Below are positions 47,752 through 57,272 of a stretch of 64,000 bases of DNA, piece after piece. The notes beneath the pieces are model-generated. The model searched no databases and was not told the DNA's origin. It worked only from the letters and a program-made list of their open reading frames with translations. The position numbers were made by a program, and so were the translations under genes. This stretch comes from Spirochaetia bacterium. GTDB lineage: Bacteria; Spirochaetota; Spirochaetia; SZUA-6; Bin103. How positions within the stretch are numbered: the stretch's first letter is position 1; the number at the start of each line of letters is the position of its first letter. The DNA is taken from positions 4,320,001-4,384,000 of the forward strand of contig OZ241863.1 in the NCBI GenBank assembly GCA_965203055.1, given 5' to 3'.

Positions 47752-50217
47752 ATGCCGAAGTCGATGGTGGTGGCGCCGGAGCAGGTGCGGGGGGCGGGGT
47801 GGCTGGAAACCGCGCCGATTCCGCTGAATCAGTACCGCCCGGACGCGGCGGCGGAGCGGGAACGCTGGGGGGCCGAAGCGTTGCGCGAGGTCTACGCCGA
47901 CATGGTGACGATCCGCGCCTTCGAGAGCATGCTCGGCGACATCAAGACGCAGGGCTCGTTCCGCGGCATCGAATATGAGCATCCGGGCGCCGCCCACCTG
48001 TCGATCGGCCAGGAAGCGGCGGTGGTGGGCCTGTGTCTGCCGCTGGCGCCGGAGGATCTGATCTTCGGGTCGCACCGCAGCCACGGCGAGATCCTCGCCA
48101 AGTGCGCGCGCGCGATCCGTTCGCTGCCGGAAGCCGAGCTGCAGCGCACCATGGAAGCCTATCTCGAAGGCGCCGTGCTGCGCGTCATCGAACCCGCGGC
48201 GCAGTGGGATTCGGTGCGGGAACTGGCGCGTCACTTCATCCTCTACGGCGTGCTGGCGGAAATCTTCGCGCGCACCACCGGCCTGAACCGCGGGCTCGGC
48301 GGCTCCATGCACGCCTTCTTCGCGCCGTTCGGAAGCATGCCCAACAACGCCATCGTCGGCGGCTCGGCCCCCATCGCCGCCGGCGCGGCGCTGTTCAAGC
48401 GCTGCAACCGCCGGCCCGGAATCGTGGTCGCCAATATCGGCGACGCCGCGGCCGGCTGCGGGCCGACCTGGGAAGCGATCACCTTCGCCGCCATGGAGCA
48501 GTATCGGACGTTGTGGGATCCGGAGCTGGGCGGTGCCCCGCCGATGTTGTTCAACTTCCTCAACAACTTCTACGGCATGGGCGGCCAGACCGCGGGCGAG
48601 ACCATGGGTTTCGAGGTGCTGGCGCGGGTCGGCGCCGGGGTCAACGCCGAGGGGCTGCACGCCGAACGGGTGGACGGCTACAACCCGCTGGCGGTAGCCG
48701 CCGCGGTAGCCGCCAAACGCCAACTCCTGCAGGCGGGGCGCGGCCCGGCGCTGCTCGACACGGTCACCTACCGGCTGGCCGGGCACTCGCCCTCCGACGC
48801 CGCTTCCTACCGGACCCGCGAGGAGCTGGCGCGCTGGCAGGAGGCGGACTGCGTGGCCGGCTACGGCCGCTATCTGGAGCGGCACGGCCTGGCCGCCGCG
48901 GCCGAGCTGGAGCAGGAGCAGGCGCGCGCCGCCGCCAGTATGGAACTGGTATGCCGGCTGGCGGTGTCGCCGGACCATTCGCCGCGGCCGGACCGCGAGG
49001 CGCGGCTGATCGCCGGGGTGATGTTCTCCAACCGGTCGCGCGCCGCGCTTGCCGAGGGGGAGCCGGAGCTGGCCGGCTCCCTGGCCGACAACCCGCGCGC
49101 CGCGGCGATTGCCCGGCGCTCGCGCAGCGCCCTTGGCCCGGACGGCAAGCCGCTGCCGCGGTCGCGGGTGGTGTCGTTGCGCGACGCCCTGTTCGAGGCG
49201 CTGGCCTACCGCTTTACCGTCGACCCCACGCTGGTCGCCTACGGTGAGGAGAACCGGGACTGGGGCGGGGCGTTCGCGGTGTACCGCGGCCTCACCGAGT
49301 TGCTGCCCTATCACCGCCTGTTCAACTCCCCCATCTCGGAGGCGGCGATCGTCGGCAGCGCGGTCGGCTACGCCATGAGCGGCGGGCGCGTGGTGGTGGA
49401 GCTGATGTACTGCGACTTCATCGGCCGCGCCGGCGACGAGATCCTCAATCAGATGGCCAAGTGGCAGGCCATGTCCGCCGGCGTGCTGCAACTGCCGCTG
49501 GTGCTGCGGGTGTCGGTCGGCAACCGCTACGGCGCGCAGCACTCCCAGGACTGGTCCTCGCTGTTGAGCCACGTCCCCGGCCTGAAGGTGTATTTCCCGG
49601 CCACCCCCTATGACGCCAAGGGGATGCTCAACCGCGCCCTGCAGGGCACTGACCCGGTGATCTTCTTCGAGAGCCAGCGGTTGTACGACTACGGCGAGGA
49701 CTTCGTGGCCGGCGGGGTGCCGGTGGAGTACTACGAAGTGGAGGAAGGCCTCCCGGCGTTGCGCCGCGCCGGTGACGATCTCACCATCGTGACCATCGGG
49801 GCGGCGCTGTACCGCGCCCTGGAAGCGGCCGACGAGCTGCGGTCCGCCCACGGAATCGACGCCGAGGTTTTCGACGCGCGCTTTCTCAACCCGTTGGATC
49901 TGCGGCCGATCGCCGATTCGGTGCGCAAGACCGGGCGCGTGGTGCTGGCCTCCGACGCCTGCGAGCGCGGCAGCTTTCTGCACACCGTCGCCTCCAACCT
50001 GACCCGGCTCTGCTTCGAACACCTGGACGCCCCGCCGGTGGTGGTGGGGGCGCGCAACTGGATCACGCCCGGCGCCGAGCTGGAGCAGGCGTTCTTTCCC
50101 CAGAAGGACTGGATCCTGGACGCCATCCACGAGGAACTGCTGCCGCTGGCCGGACACGCCAGCCGCACCGACCCGACTCGCGGCGAACTCACCGCCCGCG
50201 CGCGCGCCGGGATCTAG
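47752..50217 (+). CDS. Fused E1 alpha/beta ThDP-dependent 2-oxoacid (or acetoin) dehydrogenase
   Basis: HLSIGQE, HRSHG, GGSMH, GDAA..NN, YRLAGHS (alpha); GEE, PISE, GAQHSQ (beta). Confidence 0.92.
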   Translation: MPKSMVVAPEQVRGAGWLETAPIPLNQYRPDAAAERERWGAEALREVYADMVTIRAFESMLGDIKTQGSFRGIEYEHPGAAHLSIGQEAAVVGLCLPLAPEDLIFGSHRSHGEILAKCARAIRSLPEAELQRTMEAYLEGAVLRVIEPAAQWDSVRELARHFILYGVLAEIFARTTGLNRGLGGSMHAFFAPFGSMPNNAIVGGSAPIAAGAALFKRCNRRPGIVVANIGDAAAGCGPTWEAITFAAMEQYRTLWDPELGGAPPMLFNFLNNFYGMGGQTAGETMGFEVLARVGAGVNAEGLHAERVDGYNPLAVAAAVAAKRQLLQAGRGPALLDTVTYRLAGHSPSDAASYRTREELARWQEADCVAGYGRYLERHGLAAAAELEQEQARAAASMELVCRLAVSPDHSPRPDREARLIAGVMFSNRSRAALAEGEPELAGSLADNPRAAAIARRSRSALGPDGKPLPRSRVVSLRDALFEALAYRFTVDPTLVAYGEENRDWGGAFAVYRGLTELLPYHRLFNSPISEAAIVGSAVGYAMSGGRVVVELMYCDFIGRAGDEILNQMAKWQAMSAGVLQLPLVLRVSVGNRYGAQHSQDWSSLLSHVPGLKVYFPATPYDAKGMLNRALQGTDPVIFFESQRLYDYGEDFVAGGVPVEYYEVEEGLPALRRAGDDLTIVTIGAALYRALEAADELRSAHGIDAEVFDARFLNPLDLRPIADSVRKTGRVVLASDACERGSFLHTVASNLTRLCFEHLDAPPVVVGARNWITPGAELEQAFFPQKDWILDAIHEELLPLAGHASRTDPTRGELTARARAGI

Positions 50218-50260
50218 TTCAGTGAGCGCGGGCCGAACCGCGGCGGGCGCGTTTCAGGTA

Positions 50261-51190
50261 ATGCGGACGCAGGCGTTCGAGCGCATCGCTCGGCTGGTGG
50301 GCGATACGCCGCTGGTGGAGGTCTCCCAGTCGGTGGCGTCGGCCCGGATCCTGGCCAAGCTGGAGTACTACAATCCCAGCGGCTCGGTGAAGGACCGCGC
50401 CGCCAAGGCGATGCTGGAGGCCGCGCTGGCGGCGGGCGCGCTCGCCGGCCGTACCATCCTCGAAGCCACCAGCGGCAACACCGGCATTGCGCTGGCCATG
50501 TTCGGCAGCGCCCTGGGGCTGCCGGTGGAGTTGGTGATGCCGGCCAACGTCACCCCCGAGCGCAAGCGGATCATCGCCAACTACGGCGCGCGCTCCATCT
50601 TCACCTCCAACCTGGAGGGCACCGACGGCGCGCAGCGCCGGGCGGCCGCGCTGGCCGGCGCCCATCCCGAGCGCTACTTCTATCCCGATCAATACAACAA
50701 CGAGCACAACTGGCGCGCCCACTACCGCGCCACCGGGCCGGAGATCTGGCGCCAGTCGCACGGCGCCGTTACCCACTTCGTCGCCGGCCTGGGCACCAGC
50801 GGCAGCTTCGTCGGCACCGCCCGCTACCTGCGCGAACGCGGGGTGCGCTGCGTTGCCGTGCAACCTGACAATCCGATTCACGGGCTGGAAGGCTGGAAGC
50901 ACATGCCGACGGCGCGGGTGCCGGGAATCTACGACCCCGCCGCAGCCGACGAGGTGCTCGAAGCGGATACCGAGATGGCGTACCGCTATGCCATCGCCGC
51001 GGGCCGCTATCTCGGCTACGCGCTGAGTCCCAGCGCGGCCGCCAACCTGTGGGGGGCGCTGGAGGTCGCCCGCAGCGCGTCCGGCGCGGTGGTGGTCACC
51101 CTGTTTCCCGATAATTCGCTGAAGTACCTCGACGACCCGTACTGGGGGAACGATGACTACGTTACCGAAGACCCTTTTCACCGAAATTGA
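50261..51190 (+). CDS. cysM: PLP-dependent cysteine synthase (CysM/CysK family)
   Basis: KLEYYNPSGSVKDR, EATSGNTG, DQYNN, GLGTSG, FPD..KY. Confidence 0.85.
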   Translation: MRTQAFERIARLVGDTPLVEVSQSVASARILAKLEYYNPSGSVKDRAAKAMLEAALAAGALAGRTILEATSGNTGIALAMFGSALGLPVELVMPANVTPERKRIIANYGARSIFTSNLEGTDGAQRRAAALAGAHPERYFYPDQYNNEHNWRAHYRATGPEIWRQSHGAVTHFVAGLGTSGSFVGTARYLRERGVRCVAVQPDNPIHGLEGWKHMPTARVPGIYDPAAADEVLEADTEMAYRYAIAAGRYLGYALSPSAAANLWGALEVARSASGAVVVTLFPDNSLKYLDDPYWGNDDYVTEDPFHRN

Positions 51191-51605
51191 GCGGCACGCC
51201 CGCGAAGCATATCCCGAAGAGTGCGTCGGCGCCCTGATCGGGAGCGTGGCTGAGGGGAGCGGGGAGGGGAAGACCCGCACCGTCGAACGGCTGTTTCCCA
51301 TTGACAACCGCTCCGCTGCCAACCGCGAACGCCGCTACCTGGTGTCGCCCCGCGACTATCTGGCGGCCGAGCGCGCGGCCGACGCCGCCGGCAAGATTCT
51401 GCTCGGGTTCTATCACTCCCACCCGGAGCATCCGGCGCGCCCCAGCGCCACCGACCTGGACCTGGCCCAGCCCAACTTCGTCTACGTCATCGTGTCGATC
51501 AGCCGCACCGGCAGCGCGGCTCCGCGCACGGTCGCCGCCGGCGCCTTCCTGCTCGAACCGGAGCGCACCGGCTTCGCCGCCGACGAGCTGATGACCCCGG
51601 ATTGA
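51153..51605 (+). CDS. JAB/MPN (M67) metallopeptidase, Mec-like
   Basis: YPEECVG, YHSHP..PS.TD JAMM motif; overlaps cysM. Confidence 0.88.
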   Translation: MTTLPKTLFTEIERHAREAYPEECVGALIGSVAEGSGEGKTRTVERLFPIDNRSAANRERRYLVSPRDYLAAERAADAAGKILLGFYHSHPEHPARPSATDLDLAQPNFVYVIVSISRTGSAAPRTVAAGAFLLEPERTGFAADELMTPD

Positions 51606-51666
51606 TGAGACTTCCCGGCTGCCGGCGGGGCGCCGCCCGGCTCCGGGACAGATAACCCGCCCGCTC

Positions 51667-52158
51667 CTATCCCCGGCTACCGCCGCCTGATTTGCCGCGA
51701 GAGGGGCGGGTGGGGGAATCAACCGAGACCATCTCAGCCGTAAGCCGCCGCACGAGTGCGCGCAGCCCGATCTCGTCGATGTCGATCACCGATTCGATGA
51801 ACGACCACGACACGCCGGCGCGCAACAGATCCTCGACGATGCCTACCTGTCCCTCCCGGCGCCCCTCTTTCCGGCCGTCTATCCGCCCCTCTTCCCGGAG
51901 TTGCTCTGCTACCCGGTTAAGCATCTCGATCGCGAAAGTACGCGACGGGAACGGCCATACACTTGGAGGCGGTACAGGTAAAATGGAAGTGGCAAGCGCG
52001 TCGAGAGCCTCCTGATCGATACCGGTAGCCTGTTCGATGATCGACCACTCGAGGCCGGCGCGCAGGAAGCTCTTGACCGTGGCCACCCGGCCTTCCAGTA
52101 CTGCCTTCCCGCGGGTTTCCTGACGGCCCTCCTCATGCAATATTTCCCCGGAGGTCAC
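51667..52158 (-). CDS. Stand-alone protein of two tandem Rpn C-terminal (RpnS-like) modules
   Basis: Two copies of E(E)GR..EG..(F/L)LRAG..WS.IE..(TG/ID)ID, matching the tail of the Rpn at 38338; AGGAGG RBS before GTG 52158. Confidence 0.75.
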   Translation of the reverse strand: MTSGEILHEEGRQETRGKAVLEGRVATVKSFLRAGLEWSIIEQATGIDQEALDALATSILPVPPPSVWPFPSRTFAIEMLNRVAEQLREEGRIDGRKEGRREGQVGIVEDLLRAGVSWSFIESVIDIDEIGLRALVRRLTAEMVSVDSPTRPSRGKSGGGSRG

Positions 52159-52185
52159 ATCGCCTCCTGTTTCAGAGACCCCATG

Positions 52186-53775
52186 CTACATCCCCCACAC
52201 GGTGATCGGTGTGCCGGCGCTCGTCTCGGCGCGGCGGAACAGCTTGTCCTCCCAGGTCCGCTCCGGCCGGCGGTCGAACACTACCAGGTGCCCCTCCGCC
52301 GCGGAGCAGCGCTGCAGATAGGCGCGGGTCTGCGCCAGCCCTTCGCGGATGGTTTCCTCCAGCCCCCGCTGCGGGCGCACCACCTTGCATTCGATCACGG
52401 TCTTGCGCGCCGCGCCCGGCGGCGGCGCCGCCGGCCACACGAGCAGCAGGTCGGTGCGCATCCGCCCCAACCCGTACTCGCGATGGATCAGGCCGCCGCT
52501 GTTGACGATGCGCTGCAGGAACGCCTGCAACAACAACTGCGGCCCCGCTTCCTGGTACTGAAACCGCCGCACCCAGTGTTCCGAGTGCTCCCGGAAGAAC
52601 TCCTGAAACGCCCTCAGCAGCTTGGCCACGTTCAATCCTCCGCCGGCGTCCAGGTACCACACCGGCTGGTCGGTAATGCTCGCCTGCACGTGGCTGGTCA
52701 GTTCGCGCGGCACCACTTCCGCGTAGATCGGATTGGCCATGCGCAGCGGATCGTCGCGCGCGATCAGGCCCAGGTCGCGGACGTATTCGATGTCCGCCGC
52801 GGAGTACCGGCTTGCGCCGCCGCCGCTGAGCAGCGGCTCGATCACGTGGTGGACGCGCGCCTCCCGGAGCTTGTCGGCAAGTTGGTCGAGATGCGTGTCG
52901 CGGCGCAGGATCAGTTGCTCGCTCGCGCCGCGGATCGCGGCCGCGGTGACCGGGCGCCTGCGGTCGCGCCCGGTCTCGTCCTCGAAGCACGCCTGTTGGG
53001 CGAGCGCGTTCACCAGCCAGGGCTGGCCCTGCGTGAGTTCCCACACCTCATCGACCGCGTCCCCGGCCCACCGCTGGCCGGTCTCGGCGGTGTGCTGGCG
53101 CAGCAGCGCGCGCACCTCCGCCGGCGAGAAATCGTCCATGCGCAGCGACTTTACCTTGACGTTGAAGGCGCTGCCGCCGGTAACGATCTCGTTGCGGCTG
53201 GCCGAGCGGATGCGGTAGTCGCGCACGTCGCGCACGCCGCACAGGATGACGCTCTGCGGGAAGCGGCGCGGGCGGCGGGCATAGCCGGTGCGCAGTTGCC
53301 GCAACACCGCGATCAGGGTGTCGCCGATCAGCGCGTCGATCTCGTCGATCAGCAGCACCAGCGGCTTGCGGTCGGCCGCCGCCCAGCGGGCGAGCACTTC
53401 GCGCAGGCAGTTGTGCGGTCCGGCCCGGGCCAGCGCCTCCGGCCAGGTTGCCGCCGGAAACGAGTCCTCCAGCGTGGCGTACGCTTCATCGGCGAGCTCG
53501 TTGAGGATCGCGCGCATCGCCTCGGCCACGTCCTCACCCGCGGATTGGCCGCTTTCGACGTTCACGTAGACGCAGCGGCAGGCGCCGCCGGCGTTCAGCT
53601 CGTCCACCAGCGCCAGCAGGGCCGAGGTCTTGCCGGTCTGGCGCGGGGCGTGCAGCACGAAGTACTTCCAGTCGTCGATCAGGGACAGCAACTCGCCGCG
53701 GTCGAGCCGTTCCAGCGGCGGGACGTGGTAGTGCTTCTCCGGGATCATAGGTCCGGCGGTGTTGAAGAAGCGCAT
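52186..53775 (-). CDS. AAA+ ATPase (AAA_35-like) with C-terminal PD-(D/E)XK-type domain
   Basis: FFNTAGP, HAPRQTGKTS, LIDEID, TQGQPWLVN, ANPIY, REYGLGRMRTDL..VIECK. Confidence 0.88.
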   Translation of the reverse strand: MRFFNTAGPMIPEKHYHVPPLERLDRGELLSLIDDWKYFVLHAPRQTGKTSALLALVDELNAGGACRCVYVNVESGQSAGEDVAEAMRAILNELADEAYATLEDSFPAATWPEALARAGPHNCLREVLARWAAADRKPLVLLIDEIDALIGDTLIAVLRQLRTGYARRPRRFPQSVILCGVRDVRDYRIRSASRNEIVTGGSAFNVKVKSLRMDDFSPAEVRALLRQHTAETGQRWAGDAVDEVWELTQGQPWLVNALAQQACFEDETGRDRRRPVTAAAIRGASEQLILRRDTHLDQLADKLREARVHHVIEPLLSGGGASRYSAADIEYVRDLGLIARDDPLRMANPIYAEVVPRELTSHVQASITDQPVWYLDAGGGLNVAKLLRAFQEFFREHSEHWVRRFQYQEAGPQLLLQAFLQRIVNSGGLIHREYGLGRMRTDLLLVWPAAPPPGAARKTVIECKVVRPQRGLEETIREGLAQTRAYLQRCSAAEGHLVVFDRRPERTWEDKLFRRAETSAGTPITVWGM

Positions 53776-53784
53776 CCTGCTTTG

Positions 53785-53812
53785 AGTGTGCCCCGCAGCC
53801 GGTTCCTGTCAA
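53785..53812 (-). promoter_or_regulatory. Putative sigma70 promoter for the AAA-nuclease gene
   Basis: TTGACA (53812-53807), 16 bp, CACACT (53790-53785). Confidence 0.45.
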
Positions 53813-53828
53813 CCGCTCCGGCCCTGCC

Positions 53829-55351
53829 GGGCGCACTTCCAAAACGTAGGTAGCGTCAGGCGGCCTGTGGCTGGGCCTCCTGCGGCACCGAGGCGGACAG
53901 CAGGCTCGCGTAGTCCCTTTTGAACCGCCCGCTCTTCACCGAGGTGCAGAGCTGCAGCATCCCCTGCGCCCCTCCCAACGACCAGATCATCCCGCTCCCC
54001 TTCAGCCGCGCCCCCACCATGTTCTTGCACGTACTCTCCACCGCCCCACTGCCGATCGGCAGCCCCTCCCGCCGGTACCGCCGGTAGTCCATCCGTCCCT
54101 GGTTGCTCTTCAAGTAGTTGATCTCCCCCTGCACCTCGTGCCGCTGCCGGGCACTCAACCCCCCGCCGTCGCGCAACTCCTCCAGCTCCTCTATCACTTC
54201 CCCCGCCCGACTGCCGCGCAGCATCGTCCGCCACCTCCGAAAGCATTCCTCTGCCTGCTTGCTCCTCTCCCCGTAGACGCTCCGACTCGCCTCCGCGAGA
54301 TGCTCGCAGGCGTGCCAGAAATCCAGGATGTACCACACCCGCAGCCCCCCTGCCGCCCAGGTCTCCGCCCGATCCCAAATCCATCCCGCCCCGTCGGCCA
54401 GCACTACCAGTTGCCGCGCCGCCCCCTCGCCGCAGCGCCGTTTCAGCTCCACTTCGATGCGCGGGAAGAACTGGTCGGCATGCTCGCTCGCCGCCACGTA
54501 GCTCGGCTTGCTGCTGCACTGCGCCTCCTGCTCCTCAGCGTCCCACTCCACCGCCGCCACCACCGCCACCTTGGCGTCCCGGTACTCCCGCTCGTAGCGC
54601 TTCTTCCCGGCATCATCTACCCGCTCCTTGCCGCGCACCGGCACCTTCCCCGCGTCGATGCATACCGCCACCGTCCCGCCAATCGGCTCGTGCAGCTCCG
54701 GCCCCGCCGCAGTCTGCTGGTAGTTGTCCACCTCCTGCTGGCGCTGCCGTTCCAACCCCTCCGTTACCTCCTGCACCATCGTGAACGCCTTCTTCTCCGA
54801 CACCAGCTCCCCGCCGTCGGCGCGGAACACCTCGTGAAACTGCCGCAGACTCTCTGCGTGCGCCTGGCGCGCTACGAACTGACTCAGAAAGTACTGGCAG
54901 CCCGGCGTATGGCCGCGCTTGATGCCGAGCCGCTCATCCAACGGCGCCCAGCCCTGGCCGCTACCGCTGGCGTAGTAGGCCCGTTCGTAGGGTACCGTCC
55001 CGAACAGTCCGTGCAGGGTCTTGGAGCGGTGGCCGACAAACCGATACGACACCCCGTTGCGCTGGACCGTGGCGCCGCGGTAATCGCGGCCCAGTTCCTT
55101 GAACCACTCCCCCATGGCAGCGCGGCACAGGCGCACCAAGCACTTGAGGAGACTCAGTTCTGCCCGCAACAGGTCGTGGGGACCGCTAGCGCGGCCCAGT
55201 TCGAGACCACAGGTGGCCTTGCAGTAGTTGAGAATCTCGGTTACCAATGAATCACACATATGTTGCCCTCCCAGTGACGGCCTGATGTTACATCACCTGT
55301 CGCTGGGAGGGCTTCTCTATTTGGGCCTACCTACAAATTGGAAGTGCGCCC
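53829..55351 (-). mobile_element. Complete IS, ISKra4/ISLre2-like (IS256/Mutator superfamily), 1523 bp
   Basis: TIRs GGGCGCACTTCCAA(AAC/TTT)GTAGGTAG, 22/25 identical, at 53829-53853 and 55327-55351; 9-bp TSD GGCCCTGCC at 53820-53828 and 55352-55360. Confidence 0.93.
53856..55259 (-). CDS. DDE transposase (ISKra4/UPF0236-like)
   Basis: IDAG, ADGAGWIW, LDFWHACEHL, GLPIGSGAVESTCK, RLKGSGMIW. Confidence 0.92.
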   Translation of the reverse strand: MCDSLVTEILNYCKATCGLELGRASGPHDLLRAELSLLKCLVRLCRAAMGEWFKELGRDYRGATVQRNGVSYRFVGHRSKTLHGLFGTVPYERAYYASGSGQGWAPLDERLGIKRGHTPGCQYFLSQFVARQAHAESLRQFHEVFRADGGELVSEKKAFTMVQEVTEGLERQRQQEVDNYQQTAAGPELHEPIGGTVAVCIDAGKVPVRGKERVDDAGKKRYEREYRDAKVAVVAAVEWDAEEQEAQCSSKPSYVAASEHADQFFPRIEVELKRRCGEGAARQLVVLADGAGWIWDRAETWAAGGLRVWYILDFWHACEHLAEASRSVYGERSKQAEECFRRWRTMLRGSRAGEVIEELEELRDGGGLSARQRHEVQGEINYLKSNQGRMDYRRYRREGLPIGSGAVESTCKNMVGARLKGSGMIWSLGGAQGMLQLCTSVKSGRFKRDYASLLSASVPQEAQPQAA

Positions 55352-55378
55352 GGCCCTGCCTGGCCTGCGCGCGTGATC

Positions 55379-56056
55379 CTACGTGCCGGCGCCGAGGTGG
55401 ATCGAGGACTCGTCCACGAACATCCGCCACACGCGGTACTTGGGGCTCTTCAAGCGCTGCGCGATGGTCGGGTTGGTACGCGGCTTGGCCGGCGTCCGCT
55501 GCAGGCGCATGTTGGCCCCCTGGGGGGTGCGGCTGCCCTTGCGGGAGTTGCAGGGTACGCACGCGGTGACCAGATTCTCCCAGGTGTCGCGCCCGCCGAG
55601 GGAACGCGGGATCACGTGGTCCACGGTGAGCTCCCGGCTCGGGAACCGCTGGCCGCAGTAGTGGCAGCGGCCGAGGTCGCGGGCATGGATGTTGCGCCGC
55701 GTCAGGCGCACCTCGCGTTGCGGCCGGCCGCTGTAGCGGAGCAGGCGAATGACGCGCGGAACGGCGATTACCAGACGCGGGGTATGCACCCAGTCGGGCG
55801 GATCATGCCCCTCCGGCTGCGCGTCGAAGCTGGAATTGGCGCGTACCAGCTCCGACCACAGAACCCACGCCGCCAGGTCGTAGGTCTGAAACTGGCCGGC
55901 GTCCGTGGTTACCACCTCCGCCGCTTCCCTGATGAGCAGAATGAAGGCGCGGCGGGCATTGGTGATCCGGACTGCGGTGTAGCCGCTGTTGAGGACAAGT
56001 ACGCTCGATTCGAGGGCTGACACTGGTACACGCCACCTGGCCGCGAGTTGTAGCAC
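55379..56056 (-). CDS. HNH endonuclease (McrA-like); real start probably near 56020-56029
   Basis: VLVLNSGY, PRVIRL, RD..CHYCG, TVDHVIPRSLGG..WENLVTACVPCN..KG. Confidence 0.92.
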   Translation of the reverse strand: MLQLAARWRVPVSALESSVLVLNSGYTAVRITNARRAFILLIREAAEVVTTDAGQFQTYDLAAWVLWSELVRANSSFDAQPEGHDPPDWVHTPRLVIAVPRVIRLLRYSGRPQREVRLTRRNIHARDLGRCHYCGQRFPSRELTVDHVIPRSLGGRDTWENLVTACVPCNSRKGSRTPQGANMRLQRTPAKPRTNPTIAQRLKSPKYRVWRMFVDESSIHLGAGT

Positions 56057-56167
56057 GCGCGGGCCGCGCGATTCAAGTTAAGCGCAGCGCCGGGCGGCGC
56101 CCGCCCGGGGCCGCGCCATTCGGCGCCAGCGATGCGCGGGTACTGGATTTGATGCTACCATTCGCCT

Positions 56168-57271
56168 ATGGCCGATCCTCGTTACCAACGCTTGGCCGAC
56201 ATCATCGTCCATCACTCCTGCGCCGTAGGCGCGGGCGACAAGGTGCTGATCGAGGCGTTCGACATGCCGGAGCAGTTCCTGGAGGTGCTCATCGACGCGA
56301 TTGCCGCGGCCGGCGGCCATCCCCTGTGCGTCACCAAGAGCAACCGCGTGCTGCGCGCCCTGTACCGCAACGCCACTCCCGAACAGATGCGGGTGTGGGG
56401 CAGCGTCGAGCTCCGGCAGATGGAGCAGATGCAGTGTTACGTCGGCCTGCGCGGTACCCTGAACAGCACCGAGCTGGGCGACGTGCCGCACGAGCGCTAC
56501 GCCCACTACTCGCGCTACGTGTGGAACGCGGTGCACACCGAGATGCGCATCAAGAAGACCCGCTGGGTGGTGCTGCGCTGGCCGACGCCCTCCATGGCGC
56601 AGCAGGCGCAGATGAGCACCGCCGCGTTCGAGGATTTCTACTTCGAGGTATGCACCGTCGACTATCCGGCGCTGGCCCGCTCCATGGCGCCGTTGCAGGA
56701 GCTGATGGAGCGCACTGACCGGGTGCGCGTCGTGGGTCCGGGCACCGACCTGCGGTTCTCGATCGCCGGCATTCCGGTGGTGGGTTGCGCGGGCGAGCGC
56801 AACATCCCCGACGGCGAGATGTTCACCAGTCCGGTACGCGATTCGGTCGAGGGTACCCTGACCGTCAACACCCCCAGCCTCAACCGCGGCGTCGTGTTCG
56901 ACGGCATTCGCCTCGATTTCTCCGCCGGCAGGATCGTCAGCGCCGTCGCCAACCATACCGCCCGGCTGGAGCAGATCCTGGACACCGACGCCGGAGCGCG
57001 CTATGTCGGCGAGTTCTCCCTGGGGTTCAACCCGCGCATCATGCAGCCGATGCTGGACACGCTGTTCGACGAGAAGATCGCCGGCTCCTTTCACTTCACG
57101 CCGGGGCAGGCCTACGAGGAGGCCGACAACGGCAACCGCTCCGAGGTGCACTGGGACCTGGTGGTGATCCAGCGGCCGGAGTTCGGCGGCGGTGAGATCT
57201 ACTTCGACGACCGCCTGATCCGCAAGGACGGGCAGTTCGTGGCCGACGAGTTGCGCGCGCTGAACCCGTGA
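56168..57271 (+). CDS. Aminopeptidase, family M29 (AmpS/AmpT-like)
   Basis: NIPDGEMF, GEFSLG, LFDEKI..SFH..PG.AY, SEVHWD. Confidence 0.93.
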   Translation: MADPRYQRLADIIVHHSCAVGAGDKVLIEAFDMPEQFLEVLIDAIAAAGGHPLCVTKSNRVLRALYRNATPEQMRVWGSVELRQMEQMQCYVGLRGTLNSTELGDVPHERYAHYSRYVWNAVHTEMRIKKTRWVVLRWPTPSMAQQAQMSTAAFEDFYFEVCTVDYPALARSMAPLQELMERTDRVRVVGPGTDLRFSIAGIPVVGCAGERNIPDGEMFTSPVRDSVEGTLTVNTPSLNRGVVFDGIRLDFSAGRIVSAVANHTARLEQILDTDAGARYVGEFSLGFNPRIMQPMLDTLFDEKIAGSFHFTPGQAYEEADNGNRSEVHWDLVVIQRPEFGGGEIYFDDRLIRKDGQFVADELRALNP

Positions 57272-57272
57272 G

